Below are positions 49,936-59,684 of a stretch of 64,000 nucleotides of DNA, one piece after another. The DNA lies in contig JBDHAB010000006.1 of assembly GCA_039588295.1 (NCBI GenBank), positions 32,001 through 96,000 of the forward strand, in the 5' to 3' direction. The position numbers were made by a program, and so were the translations under genes. Numbering within the stretch: position 1 is the first letter of the stretch; the number at the start of each line of letters is the position of its first letter. The notes below the pieces were generated by a model. That model had not been told where the DNA came from. It searched no databases and was given only the letters and a program-made list of their open reading frames with translations. The DNA is from Gemmatimonadota bacterium (lineage in GTDB: Bacteria; Gemmatimonadota; Gemmatimonadetes; Gemmatimonadales; GWC2-71-9).

Positions 49936-50589
49936 CTACGGATAGAGGCGTTCCAAGGCCCAGCCTGACTCTGTCCTCGTGTACCGCAGCCGGTCGTGCA
50001 GTCGATTGAGGCGGCCCTGCCAGAACTCGATCCGGTCGGGACGCAAGCGAAACCCGCCCCAGAAGGGGGGCAAGGGAACGTTCTCCCCCTTGAACTTGTC
50101 CTCGTACTTGCGAAACTGGTCGTCGAGCACGGTACGGCTTTCGAGCGGGCGACTTTGTTGGGAGGCCCAGGCTCCGATGCGGCTTCCGCGCGCCCGGCTC
50201 CGAAAATAGGTCTCGGACTCCTCCGGCGTGATTCGCTCGACCAGGCCCTCCGCGCGCACCTGACGTTCGAGGACCGACCAGTAGAAGATCAACGCCGCCC
50301 GGGGGTTGGCGAGCAGCTCGTCGCTCTTCCGGCTCTCGTAGTTGGTGTAGAATACGAACCCCCGCTGATCGATACCCTTGAGGAGCATCATGCGCGCGGA
50401 GGGTACGCCGTCCGTAGTAGCAGTGGCAAGAGCCACGCTCTCGGGGAGGAAGATGCCGGCCCGCTTCGCGTCCTCGAACCATTCCGTGAACATCACAATC
50501 GGATCCTCCGCCGCGGTCAGCTCGGAGATCCCCTTGACGACTCCTCGTCCGAGGGTGAACAGCGCGCGGATATTCGATCGTAGCGACAT
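49936..50589 (-). CDS. pdxH: pyridoxamine 5'-phosphate oxidase
   Basis: PSARMMLLK, FYTNYESRK, WASQQS, IEFWQGRLNRLHDR. Confidence 0.95.
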   Translation of the reverse strand: MSLRSNIRALFTLGRGVVKGISELTAAEDPIVMFTEWFEDAKRAGIFLPESVALATATTDGVPSARMMLLKGIDQRGFVFYTNYESRKSDELLANPRAALIFYWSVLERQVRAEGLVERITPEESETYFRSRARGSRIGAWASQQSRPLESRTVLDDQFRKYEDKFKGENVPLPPFWGGFRLRPDRIEFWQGRLNRLHDRLRYTRTESGWALERLYP

Positions 50590-50798
50590 GGATCGGTACT
50601 CGTGTTAGGCTCTGGGTTCGGGCAGCCGAAAGGAACTCGATGCCACGCTATGCGGCAAGGTGTCGAGTGATCGCTTTCCGAGTGGCGGCGTCTCGTCCGC
50701 GTGCTATCGTTATCGAGTAGCTCCTCGCAAGTCTGGCGAATCGGGGGACAATGGTCCCTTGAAGATTCCGTGAAGTCGTGCTCACAGGAGGTTCTGCA

Positions 50799-53700
50799 AT
50801 GCGAACGCTTGGTCTGGTGGTTGGATGCTGGCTGACACTGAGCTTGACCGCCCACGATCTCATTGGGCAAGCAGGAGCACGGTTGCTGCGGCAGCCCACG
50901 GTCAGCGAGACGTCCATTGCTTTTGCGTATGCCAACGATCTCTGGGTCGTCCCGCGGACGGGGGGTGCGGCTCGCCGCCTCACGACGTTCCCGGGGTCGG
51001 AGACCGATCCCCACTTCTCGCCTGATGGCAGCCTGATCGCGTTCAGTGCCCAGTACGATGGCAACCCCGATGTGTTTGTCGTTTCCACGAGCGGCGGTGC
51101 CCCGACCCGGCTCACGTGGCATCCCGGCGGCGATGTCGTGCGGGGATGGGCTCCAGATGGCTCGCGCGTTGTCTTTGCATCAGGACGGACCACTGCCCCC
51201 GTGCCGTACTCCATGCTGTGGACCGTGTCCGTCAATGGCGGTATGGCGGACCCCATGCTGCTGCCGAGGGCGTATGCGGGTGAGCACTCCCCAGATGGCA
51301 GCCGGTTTGCGTATCAGGAGCTATCGCGGCCGAACACGCAGTGGCGCAACTACCGGGGTGGTCAGACACAACCGATTCGAGTGATCGAGTTGGACGACGC
51401 TGAGGTCGAGAAACTGCCGTGGGACAACTCCAACGACAGCGATCCCGTCTGGATCGGCAACACCGTCTACTTCTTGTCGGACCGCGACTGGGCGATCAAC
51501 CTGTACGCCTATGATATGGAGTCGCGTTCGCTTGAGCAGCTCACGCGGTTCGTCGACTATGACGTGAAGAACTTGGATGCCGGTGGAGGTGTGCTGGTGT
51601 TCGAGCAGGCCGGCCAGATCCACCTCTACGATCCGGCGACACGCACATCCAGCGCTGTCGACATTCGGGTGCATGGCGACTTCCCCTGGCTGCGGCCCCA
51701 CTGGGAGAGTGTCGGCCGTGCGCTGCGCAACCCGGAGCTCTCACCCTCGGGCGCGCGCGCCGTGTTCGAGGCGCGGGGCGAGATCGTCACGGTTCCCGCT
51801 GAGAAAGGCGATTACCGAAATCTCACGAACACGCCGGGCACGGCGGACCGGACCCCGTCTTGGTCGGCCGATGGCGAGCACATCGCGTGGTTCTCGGATG
51901 CAAGTGGTGAATACCGCCTGATGATCGGTGATCAGAAAGGACTGGAAACACCCCGCGAGATCGAACTCCCGAACCCGACCTTCTACTACACGCCATCGTG
52001 GTCTCCGGACTCGAAGTACATCACCTTTACCGACGCGGACCTCAACCTGTGGTACGCGATTGTCGAGAGCGGGAATGTGACGCGTATCGACACGGATCAG
52101 TTTGCGCACCCACAGCGCACCATGGATCCGGTGTGGTCACCAGACTCGAAGTGGATCGCGTACGCCAAGCGGCTGGACAGCCAATTCCATGCGGTGTTCG
52201 CGTATTCGCTGGATCAAGGGGAGTCGCATCAGCTCACAGACGGCCTGTCGGATGCGCTGAGTCCAGCGTGGGACAAGAGCGGGAAGTACCTGTACTTCAT
52301 GGCGAGCACCGACTTCGGTCTGAACGTCGGGTGGCTCGATATGACTTCCTACGAGCGGCCAGTCGAGCGTGGCATCTACCTGGCGGTGCTTCGTGCCGAC
52401 GAACCTTCGCCGTTACTGCCCGAGAGCGACGAGGAAGAGCCCAAAGAAGAGGAGGGGGAGGGAGAGGAGCAAGCAGACGATGAAGACCAGCAGGATGACG
52501 CGACGGTCCGAATCGATCTTGCGGGCTTTGACCAGCGAATCCTCGCAATCGACGTGCCGGAGCGCAACTACGTGGGGATCATCGCGGGCCCGGAAGGCGT
52601 CATTTTCTACGCAGAGCCGCGCCAGAACGAACAAGGGTTTGTGCTCCATCGGTACGATCTCGAGGAGCGCGAGGCGGAGCCCTTCCTGGAAGGAATTCAG
52701 GCCGCCACGATCTCTGCGGACGGCAAGAAGCTGTTGTACAGCGCGAACGGCCAGTGGGGAATCGTGGCGACAGATGCCGGCAAGAAGAACGTCGGTGACG
52801 GGAAGATCGACACTGGTGTTCGCATGAAGGTCGACCCGCGGGCCGAGTGGCAACAGATGTTCCGCGAGGCCTGGCGGTTTCAGCGAGACTACCTCTACGT
52901 AGAGAACACGCACGGGGCCGATTGGGAGGCTGTCTGGGAACGCTACCACCCGTGGCTCGAGCACGTGGCGCATCGATCGGACTTCACGTACCTGCTCCGG
53001 AACTTGGCAGGGGAACTCTCCATCGGACACTCGTATGCGTTCGGGGGTGATTTCCCCGATGTCGAGACGGTCCCGATTGGTCTCCTCGGAGCGGACGTGG
53101 AGATCGATCAAGGGCGGTATCGCCTCACGCGGATCTATACGGGTGAGAACTGGAATCCCGACCTGCGGGCGCCTCTCAGCGCACCGGGCATCGACGTCTC
53201 CGTCGGTGACTACGTCATGGCTGTGAACGGTGCGGACGTGGTGGGGCCCGTCAACTTCTACAGCTACTTCGAAGGGACCGCGGACCGGCAAACCGTCCTC
53301 GCGGTGAACGATCGCCCATCGATGGATGGCGCTCGGACGGTGACCGTCGTGCCGGTGCCCAACGAGGTACAACTGCGTCGCCGTGCCTGGGTCGAAGGCA
53401 ATCGCCGTAGAGTGGACGAGCTCTCGGGTGGCCGACTCGCGTACGTTTGGCTCCCCAATACAGCGACCGCCGGCTACGACTACTTCAACCGTTATTACTT
53501 CGCCCAGCAGCACAAGCAGGGAGCGGTCATCGACGAGCGCTTCAACGGTGGCGGCTCGGCCGCGGACTACATGGTTGAGCTGATGGGCCGAAGACTGACG
53601 GGGTTCTTCAACAATCCCATCGGTGATCGCAAGCCGTGGAGAAATCCAAACGCCGGCATCTTCGGACCGAAGGTGATGATCATCAACGAATCGGCTGGAT

Positions 53701-54056
53701 CGGGTGGTGACCTCCTGCCCTACATGTTCCGCGAACTCGGGATCGGGCCGCTCGTCGGCACGAGGACGTGGGGGGGGCTCGTCGGGATATGGGATGTGCC
53801 GCCGCTCGTTGACGGTGGGCTCATCACCGCTCCGCGGGGTGGCTTCTACAACCTCGCCGGGGAGTGGGACGTTGAAAACGAGGGTGTGGCACCGGATATC
53901 GAGGTCGAGCAGACACCTGCCATAGTGAATGACGGGCACGATCCGCAACTCGAGCGGGCGGTGGAGGAGGCCCTGAGGCTGCTGCCCATGCAACAGGTCC
54001 CGATCCTGCCGGAACCTCCGGCGCCCGTGCGGGCGAGACGGCCTGAGCGACGATAG
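50799..54056 (+). CDS. tricorn-like S41 protease
   Basis: AGGAGG RBS, signal peptide, WD40-like PD40 repeats, WRNYRGG, PDZ region, DERFNGGG, AGSGGD, GTRTWGG, DPQLE. Confidence 0.93.
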   Translation: MRTLGLVVGCWLTLSLTAHDLIGQAGARLLRQPTVSETSIAFAYANDLWVVPRTGGAARRLTTFPGSETDPHFSPDGSLIAFSAQYDGNPDVFVVSTSGGAPTRLTWHPGGDVVRGWAPDGSRVVFASGRTTAPVPYSMLWTVSVNGGMADPMLLPRAYAGEHSPDGSRFAYQELSRPNTQWRNYRGGQTQPIRVIELDDAEVEKLPWDNSNDSDPVWIGNTVYFLSDRDWAINLYAYDMESRSLEQLTRFVDYDVKNLDAGGGVLVFEQAGQIHLYDPATRTSSAVDIRVHGDFPWLRPHWESVGRALRNPELSPSGARAVFEARGEIVTVPAEKGDYRNLTNTPGTADRTPSWSADGEHIAWFSDASGEYRLMIGDQKGLETPREIELPNPTFYYTPSWSPDSKYITFTDADLNLWYAIVESGNVTRIDTDQFAHPQRTMDPVWSPDSKWIAYAKRLDSQFHAVFAYSLDQGESHQLTDGLSDALSPAWDKSGKYLYFMASTDFGLNVGWLDMTSYERPVERGIYLAVLRADEPSPLLPESDEEEPKEEEGEGEEQADDEDQQDDATVRIDLAGFDQRILAIDVPERNYVGIIAGPEGVIFYAEPRQNEQGFVLHRYDLEEREAEPFLEGIQAATISADGKKLLYSANGQWGIVATDAGKKNVGDGKIDTGVRMKVDPRAEWQQMFREAWRFQRDYLYVENTHGADWEAVWERYHPWLEHVAHRSDFTYLLRNLAGELSIGHSYAFGGDFPDVETVPIGLLGADVEIDQGRYRLTRIYTGENWNPDLRAPLSAPGIDVSVGDYVMAVNGADVVGPVNFYSYFEGTADRQTVLAVNDRPSMDGARTVTVVPVPNEVQLRRRAWVEGNRRRVDELSGGRLAYVWLPNTATAGYDYFNRYYFAQQHKQGAVIDERFNGGGSAADYMVELMGRRLTGFFNNPIGDRKPWRNPNAGIFGPKVMIINESAGSGGDLLPYMFRELGIGPLVGTRTWGGLVGIWDVPPLVDGGLITAPRGGFYNLAGEWDVENEGVAPDIEVEQTPAIVNDGHDPQLERAVEEALRLLPMQQVPILPEPPAPVRARRPERR

Positions 54057-54247
54057 GCACCCACGCGTGACCAGCCCGTTCCCGGCTCGTACCCTGGCGA
54101 GCCGTGGTCGGAGGCGAACGCACGCCGGTGGTGGGAACGGCCTGCGACGGAGGTCGGAACTGAGCGAGACCTAGAGCGCACGGCGGTGCAGCAGTGAGCG
54201 CAAGCATCTCGCCCGCGGGGTCGTACTGTGCTTGTTGTGCCGAGCGG

Positions 54248-54526
54248 CTAAAAGAGCTTCGCCGCCAGCGACGGCTCCTTGTCCGTGCGGGTGCCGATCT
54301 TGATGTTGGTCGCGAGCCGCACCGTGCCCTCGGCGTGCAGCGTCTCGTGAATGTGGATCACCGCATCGAGAATGTCCCGCAGCTCACCCTCGACATTCGA
54401 TCCCATCGAGTGTAGCTGCACCTCGAGCGGAGCCTCGCCGAGGAGCCGGTGTGCCCGTTTGACCTCCTGGCGGACCGTCACGCCCGCGCCGATGGGAATG
54501 ACCTGGATCTCTGCGGTTGCCCTCAT
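54248..54526 (-). CDS. MTH1187/thiamine-binding (DUF77) family protein
   Basis: VIPIG, LHSMGSNVEGE, IHETLH, IKIGTRTDK. Confidence 0.8.
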   Translation of the reverse strand: MRATAEIQVIPIGAGVTVRQEVKRAHRLLGEAPLEVQLHSMGSNVEGELRDILDAVIHIHETLHAEGTVRLATNIKIGTRTDKEPSLAAKLF

Positions 54527-54638
54527 GACGAATCAACCCCCCCTGATATGAGGCCTATGTGCCGAGTAGGGTCCTAGCGTCGTGTTGAAGGTTAGCCCCG
54601 CCTCAACACCCGTCCCAGGCCGGGAAGTCAATCCAGCC

Positions 54639-54698
54639 GATGCTTAACGGACAATTTAGGTCTTTTTTGATGCTTAATGGACAGTTTAGGTCTTCTTT
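54639..54698. repeat. AT-rich 30-bp tandem direct repeat x2 in the divergent promoter region
   Basis: GATGCTTAACGGACAATTTAGGTCTTTTTT and GATGCTTAATGGACAGTTTAGGTCTTCTTT, 3 mismatches. Confidence 0.9.
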
Positions 54699-54867
54699 AA
54701 AGATCAGGTACGATCTTCATATCCAGATTCCACGGACGCACCCCGTAGATTCCCCCGGTGACTGGTCTCTTGGCGCGGGTCAGTATCGGCAACGGGGTAC
54801 TCCTTAGTCCGGAGCCGGCCGCTGGCAGTCTGGCCGAGGCCGACGAGGCGCAGAGCGGAGGTCCTCA

Positions 54868-56364
54868 ATGACACGAACGAGTTGGACTCGATGGTTCGGG
54901 GGCGTGTTGGCTGTCGTGGTCGCGGCGGCCGCCTGTACCGATGACGAGACGCCGCCGGTTGAGCCGACCGACAATCCGCCCATGATCGAGCTCACGGCCC
55001 CGAACGGCGGGGGGCTCGTAGCTCCGGGGGCGGATGTGGAGATCACGTGGACCGCCTCGGACGACAATGGCGTCGTCGGTGTGGATCTGAGCTACACGTC
55101 GGGCGGAGGTGGTGAGACCATCGCCGAAGACCTGACCGGCTCCAGCTACACCTGGACGGTGCCCGGCAACAACCTGTACGCGGTCAAGGTCAGGGCAGTG
55201 GCCCGCGATGCGGCAGATCAGGAAGCGTCGGACGAGAGCGATGAGATCTTCGGCGTGATCGCGACGTCGGCCCGCGGCTACGTCGCGAGCGACCAGTGCA
55301 AGCAGTGCCACATCAACTACTACAACGACTTGTTCAACATGTCGGGTCACCCCTACAAGCTGAACAAGGTCACGGGGAATACGGCGCCGGAGTATCCCAA
55401 CAGCACGGTGCCGGGTCCGCCTCCGGGAGCGTCGCGGGCCGCGTGGAGTGATATCGCGTATGTGATCGGGGGGTACGGTTGGAAGGCACGGTTCATCACG
55501 AAGGATTCCGGTTGGGTGATGACCGATGCGATGGATGGTGTGAACGTCCAATACAACCTGCCGCGGCCCGATCTCGGTGCGGCAGTGGGTGACAATTGGT
55601 CGGACTACCATGCGACGGATACCGAGCGGAAGCCCTACGACTGCGGCCCTTGTCATATGACCGGGTGGCAGACCTTCGCGGACAACGGCGGTGTCAACCA
55701 GGACGGCCTCCCCGGTATCGCGGGAACCTGGGAGGAACCCGGCATCAAGTGCGAGCAATGCCACGGCGCCGGCGGACAACACGTCGCGAGTCAGAAGGCG
55801 TCGGACATCACGGTGGATGGGAGCTCAGCCCTCTGTGGTGTGTGTCACCGCCGCGGTACCGACGACAACTTCATCGAGGCCAGTGGAGGGTTCATTCGAC
55901 ACCACGAGCAATTCCACGAGTGGTTGGCGAGCCCCCACGGCGGCGCCATGATCGGTTGCAACGACTGCCACGATCCGCACAAGGGCGTACTCTACGGGAA
56001 CGACTTGGCCGGTGGGATTGTCGCCACCTGTGAGGACTGCCATACGGGCGTCACGGTCACCGGGCACTTACCGGTCGACTGTGAGAATTGCCACATGGCG
56101 CGTGCCACCAAGTCGGCAGTGAAGGTGCACGATTTCGAGGGCGATGTTCGCACGCACCTGTTCGCGATCAACACCGATGGCACGAAGACGAAGGCCGATA
56201 TGTTCTTCGTGCCGGCGGGCGGCACCAAGCAGACCACGAACCCGTGGGTGACGCTCGACTTTGCCTGCTACTCCTGCCACACAGATCCGATTACGCAACA
56301 GGGTGGTGGTGGCAGTGAGCAGTCGATGGCCGAGCTCGCAGCGAGGGCGGTGCAGATTCACTAG
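54868..56364 (+). CDS. octaheme c-type cytochrome lipoprotein with an N-terminal Ig-like domain
   Basis: AAAC lipobox; APNGG..ITWTASDD Ig-like domain; eight CXXCH motifs (CKQCH, CGPCH, CEQCH, CGVCH, CNDCH, CEDCH, CENCH, CYSCH). Confidence 0.9.
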   Translation: MTRTSWTRWFGGVLAVVVAAAACTDDETPPVEPTDNPPMIELTAPNGGGLVAPGADVEITWTASDDNGVVGVDLSYTSGGGGETIAEDLTGSSYTWTVPGNNLYAVKVRAVARDAADQEASDESDEIFGVIATSARGYVASDQCKQCHINYYNDLFNMSGHPYKLNKVTGNTAPEYPNSTVPGPPPGASRAAWSDIAYVIGGYGWKARFITKDSGWVMTDAMDGVNVQYNLPRPDLGAAVGDNWSDYHATDTERKPYDCGPCHMTGWQTFADNGGVNQDGLPGIAGTWEEPGIKCEQCHGAGGQHVASQKASDITVDGSSALCGVCHRRGTDDNFIEASGGFIRHHEQFHEWLASPHGGAMIGCNDCHDPHKGVLYGNDLAGGIVATCEDCHTGVTVTGHLPVDCENCHMARATKSAVKVHDFEGDVRTHLFAINTDGTKTKADMFFVPAGGTKQTTNPWVTLDFACYSCHTDPITQQGGGGSEQSMAELAARAVQIH

Positions 56365-56411
56365 GTTTGGTGGTCCGCGCGCTGCGGATTGAACAGCTCA
56401 GTGTAGGAACG

Positions 56412-56443
56412 CGGGCCGGCCCGCACGATGCAGGGCCGGCCCG
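56412..56443 (+). terminator. GC-rich hairpin after the octaheme gene
   Basis: CGGGCCGGCCC / GGGCCGGCCCG 11-bp stem. Confidence 0.45.
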
Positions 56444-56470
56444 AGGCTTGTGGGCTATGGTGAGGTGCAC

Positions 56471-57223
56471 ATGAACCATCGGGGTGTTCGGGGTGCGCGC
56501 TCCGTGACCAGCAGTCTCCTGGTGATGCTCGCGGTGCTGTCGTGTTCCGTGGAGCGTGCGGACCAGGCCGCGACCGAAGAGCGGAACGGAGTGCGATACC
56601 TCGTCGGGGCAGTCGAACCGTTTTCCGGGATCGTGTTCACCATACACGGGGGGTCGGACCAGGTGGCGACCGAGGTGCGGTTCAAGAGGGGCCTCCGACA
56701 TGGTCCATCGGCGGAATACTATCCGGACGGGCAGCGCAAACGAGAAGGGGAGTACCGCGACGGACGCAGTGAGGGGACCCTGCGAGAGTGGAGCGAGACG
56801 GGCCAACTGGTGCTCGAGCGAGTGATGAGTGGCGGCAAACCGCACGGCTCCAGCACAACGTGGTATCCCAACGGCCAGATCGAGAGTGAATCCACGTACC
56901 GCAACGGCTCGTTAGAAGGATCTCAGACCCTCTGGTACGAAGACGGGGCGCAGCGGGCAGCGCGGGCCTTTCGGGATGGCAGCCAACACGGTCCTGGGAC
57001 CGAATGGTATGCGAGCGGCGCCCTTCGGAGCGAGGTGAACTGGAAGGACGGCAAGCCCGACGGTCCCTTCGCCCGGTGGTACGAACATGGGCAGAAGCGT
57101 GCGGAGGGCCGCTACCGGGACGGTGACCTGGTCGAGCTGCGACAATGGGATGAGCAGGGCAACGAGTTGCCACCGGCCCCACTTCCCACGATTCGAGCAA
57201 AGCCAGAACGCCCCCCAACGTAA
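56471..57223 (+). CDS. MORN-variant repeat (YwqK-like) lipoprotein
   Basis: VLSC lipobox; repeated WYxxGxxxxExxYxxGxxxG-type units. Confidence 0.8.
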   Translation: MNHRGVRGARSVTSSLLVMLAVLSCSVERADQAATEERNGVRYLVGAVEPFSGIVFTIHGGSDQVATEVRFKRGLRHGPSAEYYPDGQRKREGEYRDGRSEGTLREWSETGQLVLERVMSGGKPHGSSTTWYPNGQIESESTYRNGSLEGSQTLWYEDGAQRAARAFRDGSQHGPGTEWYASGALRSEVNWKDGKPDGPFARWYEHGQKRAEGRYRDGDLVELRQWDEQGNELPPAPLPTIRAKPERPPT

Positions 57224-57226
57224 CGG

Positions 57227-58228
57227 TCACCGTCGACCGAGCTCCTTCAGCTTCTCCACCGCGTTGGTGTTTTGCGGGTTGAGCTCGAGTGATTTCTCGT
57301 AGTTTTGGATTGCCAACCCGCGCTCCCCCGCGATCATGTAAGCCTCCCCAAGGCTATCGTACGTATTGAACGCGTCGGGGAACTGCTCCACATTCAGCTT
57401 GAACGCCTCGATCGCTTCGGGAATCCGCTGCTGACCCAATAGGCGGTAGCCAACCTGGTTCAGCATGTTCTCTCGGAACGCCTGGGGCGGGCTGGTCCCC
57501 TTCAATTCCGCATGGCGGGCGCGCATCATCTCGCCCCCACCCTCAATCGCCGCCAGCTCAAGTGCTGCGGGCACGTAGTTGAACTTCGTGAGACGTGAGT
57601 TGGGGAATTGCTTGAGGTTGAGTTCGAAGAGTTCGACTGCGTCGCCAATCTGGTTTCGCTGCGCCACCCGCTGGGCAACGCCAATCAGCATCTGCTCGCT
57701 GAAGTCGTAGGAGTAGCCGCCATAGTAGCGTTCGCGAAGCTCGTCGTACTTGGCGCGGAGAGCGGTCGACCCGCCCTCATCGTAGGCCTCCAGGAGCACG
57801 TCCTCGATCATTCGGGGCCGGGCTAGGCCTCGGTGGCACGTAGCGCAGGCCACTTCGACGTTCGGCTCCGAACGCTCGGGCAGGCTCGGCAGAATCCGCT
57901 GGTTGATGTCTTGCACCATGCGCAACATCTCGCGGGCCTTCAGCTTCGTGGGCTTCTCGTCCGAGGCGAAGTCGAACGTTGCTAACGGTTGCCCGGGTTG
58001 CCCCATGTGGCAGTGCTCGCAGCGGACGCCCAGCCCGATCGCGAAGTTGCGCATCGTGCCCACGAGAGCATTGGTCGCGATATCCTGCGGCAAGACCTTG
58101 AGGTTGGTGAAGGAATCCGGCGGGAACCCCTGCGCGTCGGCCGGAGCCGGGAATGTAGCGAGTGCCAGGATCACGAGACCGAAGGCCGTCATCCTCTTGG
58201 AGACGGCGTCGTGCGAGCGTGCGGTCAT
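57227..58228 (-). CDS. exported diheme cytochrome c (CytoC_RC-like) with TPR repeats
   Basis: NLKVLP, M...LGVRCEHCH, AREML.M, CATCHRG; TPR segment NTYDSLGEAY..NYEKSLELNP. GAGGAG RBS. Confidence 0.82.
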   Translation of the reverse strand: MTARSHDAVSKRMTAFGLVILALATFPAPADAQGFPPDSFTNLKVLPQDIATNALVGTMRNFAIGLGVRCEHCHMGQPGQPLATFDFASDEKPTKLKAREMLRMVQDINQRILPSLPERSEPNVEVACATCHRGLARPRMIEDVLLEAYDEGGSTALRAKYDELRERYYGGYSYDFSEQMLIGVAQRVAQRNQIGDAVELFELNLKQFPNSRLTKFNYVPAALELAAIEGGGEMMRARHAELKGTSPPQAFRENMLNQVGYRLLGQQRIPEAIEAFKLNVEQFPDAFNTYDSLGEAYMIAGERGLAIQNYEKSLELNPQNTNAVEKLKELGRR

Positions 58229-58354
58229 GCGGGATGCCTCCTCAGGTGGGTCACTGAGCTTGGGGATTGCGGAATGTTCCTGTAACACCAGCCGCGCTCG
58301 ATTTGTGCCCCGATCGACGGATGTCGCGTGATCCGTCCCGGCGGGCCGGGGCGC

Positions 58355-59155
58355 CTACTTGAGGATGAGTTCGACGAGGACGGGTCGGTGGTCGGATGCG
58401 AGTGGCTCGTCAACCACCAAGGATCGAGCGACCGAGAACTGTGCTGCCGGTCGATACATGATGAAATCGATTTCCCGATCCGGGGTGTCTGCGGGGAAGG
58501 TCAGCCGCTCGAGTCCTTTGCCGGCAACCGCCCACGACTGTTGCAGGAGGCGGAGCACATGCGAGTCAGGAGCGGAGTTGAAGTCGCCGGACAGAATGAC
58601 TGGCCGGTGTTCCTCCTGGAAGATCTCAACAACCCGTCTCGCCTGGGCGAGCCGTTCCTCGGCCGTACGATAGAAGTGAATTCCTACAATGACGAACTCG
58701 AGATTGGCATCACGCAGCTGCACGACGGCTGCGAGCGCGGTGCGGGGCTCCTCGCCGTCCGGCAGTCGGTGATTCGTGAACTCGACGATGGGGTGCCGCG
58801 AGAGGATGGCCATGCCGTACTGTCCGCCCTGGTACCCCATGAAGCTGCCGAATACTGCCTGCATGCCGGTGAGCTCGGCCAATCGCCGCGCCTGGTCGAC
58901 GCCGGCGGTCCGCTGGACGGCCGAGTCGACCTCCTGCAGCGTGACGACGTCAGGCCGGATGCGATTGATCACCCGTGCCACGCGCTCCAAATCGACCCGG
59001 CGGTCGATCCCCTCACCGTGTCGGATGTTATACGCCAGCACGCGGAGTGTTGGAGCGGGCTGGATCGTTTCCGGGGGGCGCGGACCAGGCGCACACGTGG
59101 CCAGGGCCATCGCGCTGCACAGGGTCGCAAACGCTCGCAGCAATCGAGATGTCAT
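58355..59155 (-). CDS. endonuclease/exonuclease/phosphatase family lipoprotein
   Basis: YNIRHG, LQEVD, GDFN, IDFI, SDHRP. Confidence 0.88.
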   Translation of the reverse strand: MTSRLLRAFATLCSAMALATCAPGPRPPETIQPAPTLRVLAYNIRHGEGIDRRVDLERVARVINRIRPDVVTLQEVDSAVQRTAGVDQARRLAELTGMQAVFGSFMGYQGGQYGMAILSRHPIVEFTNHRLPDGEEPRTALAAVVQLRDANLEFVIVGIHFYRTAEERLAQARRVVEIFQEEHRPVILSGDFNSAPDSHVLRLLQQSWAVAGKGLERLTFPADTPDREIDFIMYRPAAQFSVARSLVVDEPLASDHRPVLVELILK

Positions 59156-59221
59156 TGCGTGAGTGGTGCCGGCGAGCCGCGATGCGCAGCGACTCGCCCT
59201 CCGCTGAGGCGGCGGCTTCGG

Positions 59222-59575
59222 TCAGCCGCCGCCGTGATCCTTTGTGAGCTTCTGGGCCTGCTCCACACCGTGTTCGAGCTTCCGCTCGAACTGCGCGAGC
59301 GGCCCGGTGGCGGATTCGAGCAACTTCGCGAGCCGCGAGGAGAGCTCTGTCGGCGCCAGCGGAGGCTGAGTCGCCATCGAATCGCGCCACAGCAGCTCCG
59401 CCTCATCGTGGAACGTGATCACGGCATCCATCTCGCCTTCATGGAATCGCTTGTGCAATACCTGGTCGCGGATGTCGTTGATGATGTTGGCGAGCATCAC
59501 CTGGACGGACTCGCGGGTGCCAAACCCTACGGTCGAGAGCCGTTTGAGGAATTTCTCCCGGCGATCAGCAGGCAT
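59222..59575 (-). CDS. hypothetical helical protein
   Basis: GGAGG RBS before ATG 59575 (MPADRREKF); fills the gap downstream of pckA. Confidence 0.55.
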   Translation of the reverse strand: MPADRREKFLKRLSTVGFGTRESVQVMLANIINDIRDQVLHKRFHEGEMDAVITFHDEAELLWRDSMATQPPLAPTELSSRLAKLLESATGPLAQFERKLEHGVEQAQKLTKDHGGG

Positions 59576-59684
59576 TCGGTCCTCCGCCTGTGTGACCGTG
59601 AATCTCCAAACATATCCTGTTGGCGGCATCCGGTCACGGCGAACCAGTGGCCTCCGTGTCCCCGTTTCCAGGTCTGCTCGCCAG

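Noticed and set aside
54194..54415. Small ORF with CACC
   Set aside because: Overlaps the DUF77 gene antisense, has no RBS and no domain context.
54639..54698. 30-bp repeats as a CRISPR array
   Set aside because: Only two copies, directly adjacent with no spacer, and no cas genes.
56471..57223. YwqK 'antitoxin' implying a toxin-antitoxin system
   Set aside because: Only generic MORN-like repeats on a lipoprotein; no toxin gene adjacent.
57227..58228. pufC / phototrophy
   Set aside because: Two hemes rather than four, TPR fusion, and no puf or bch genes.
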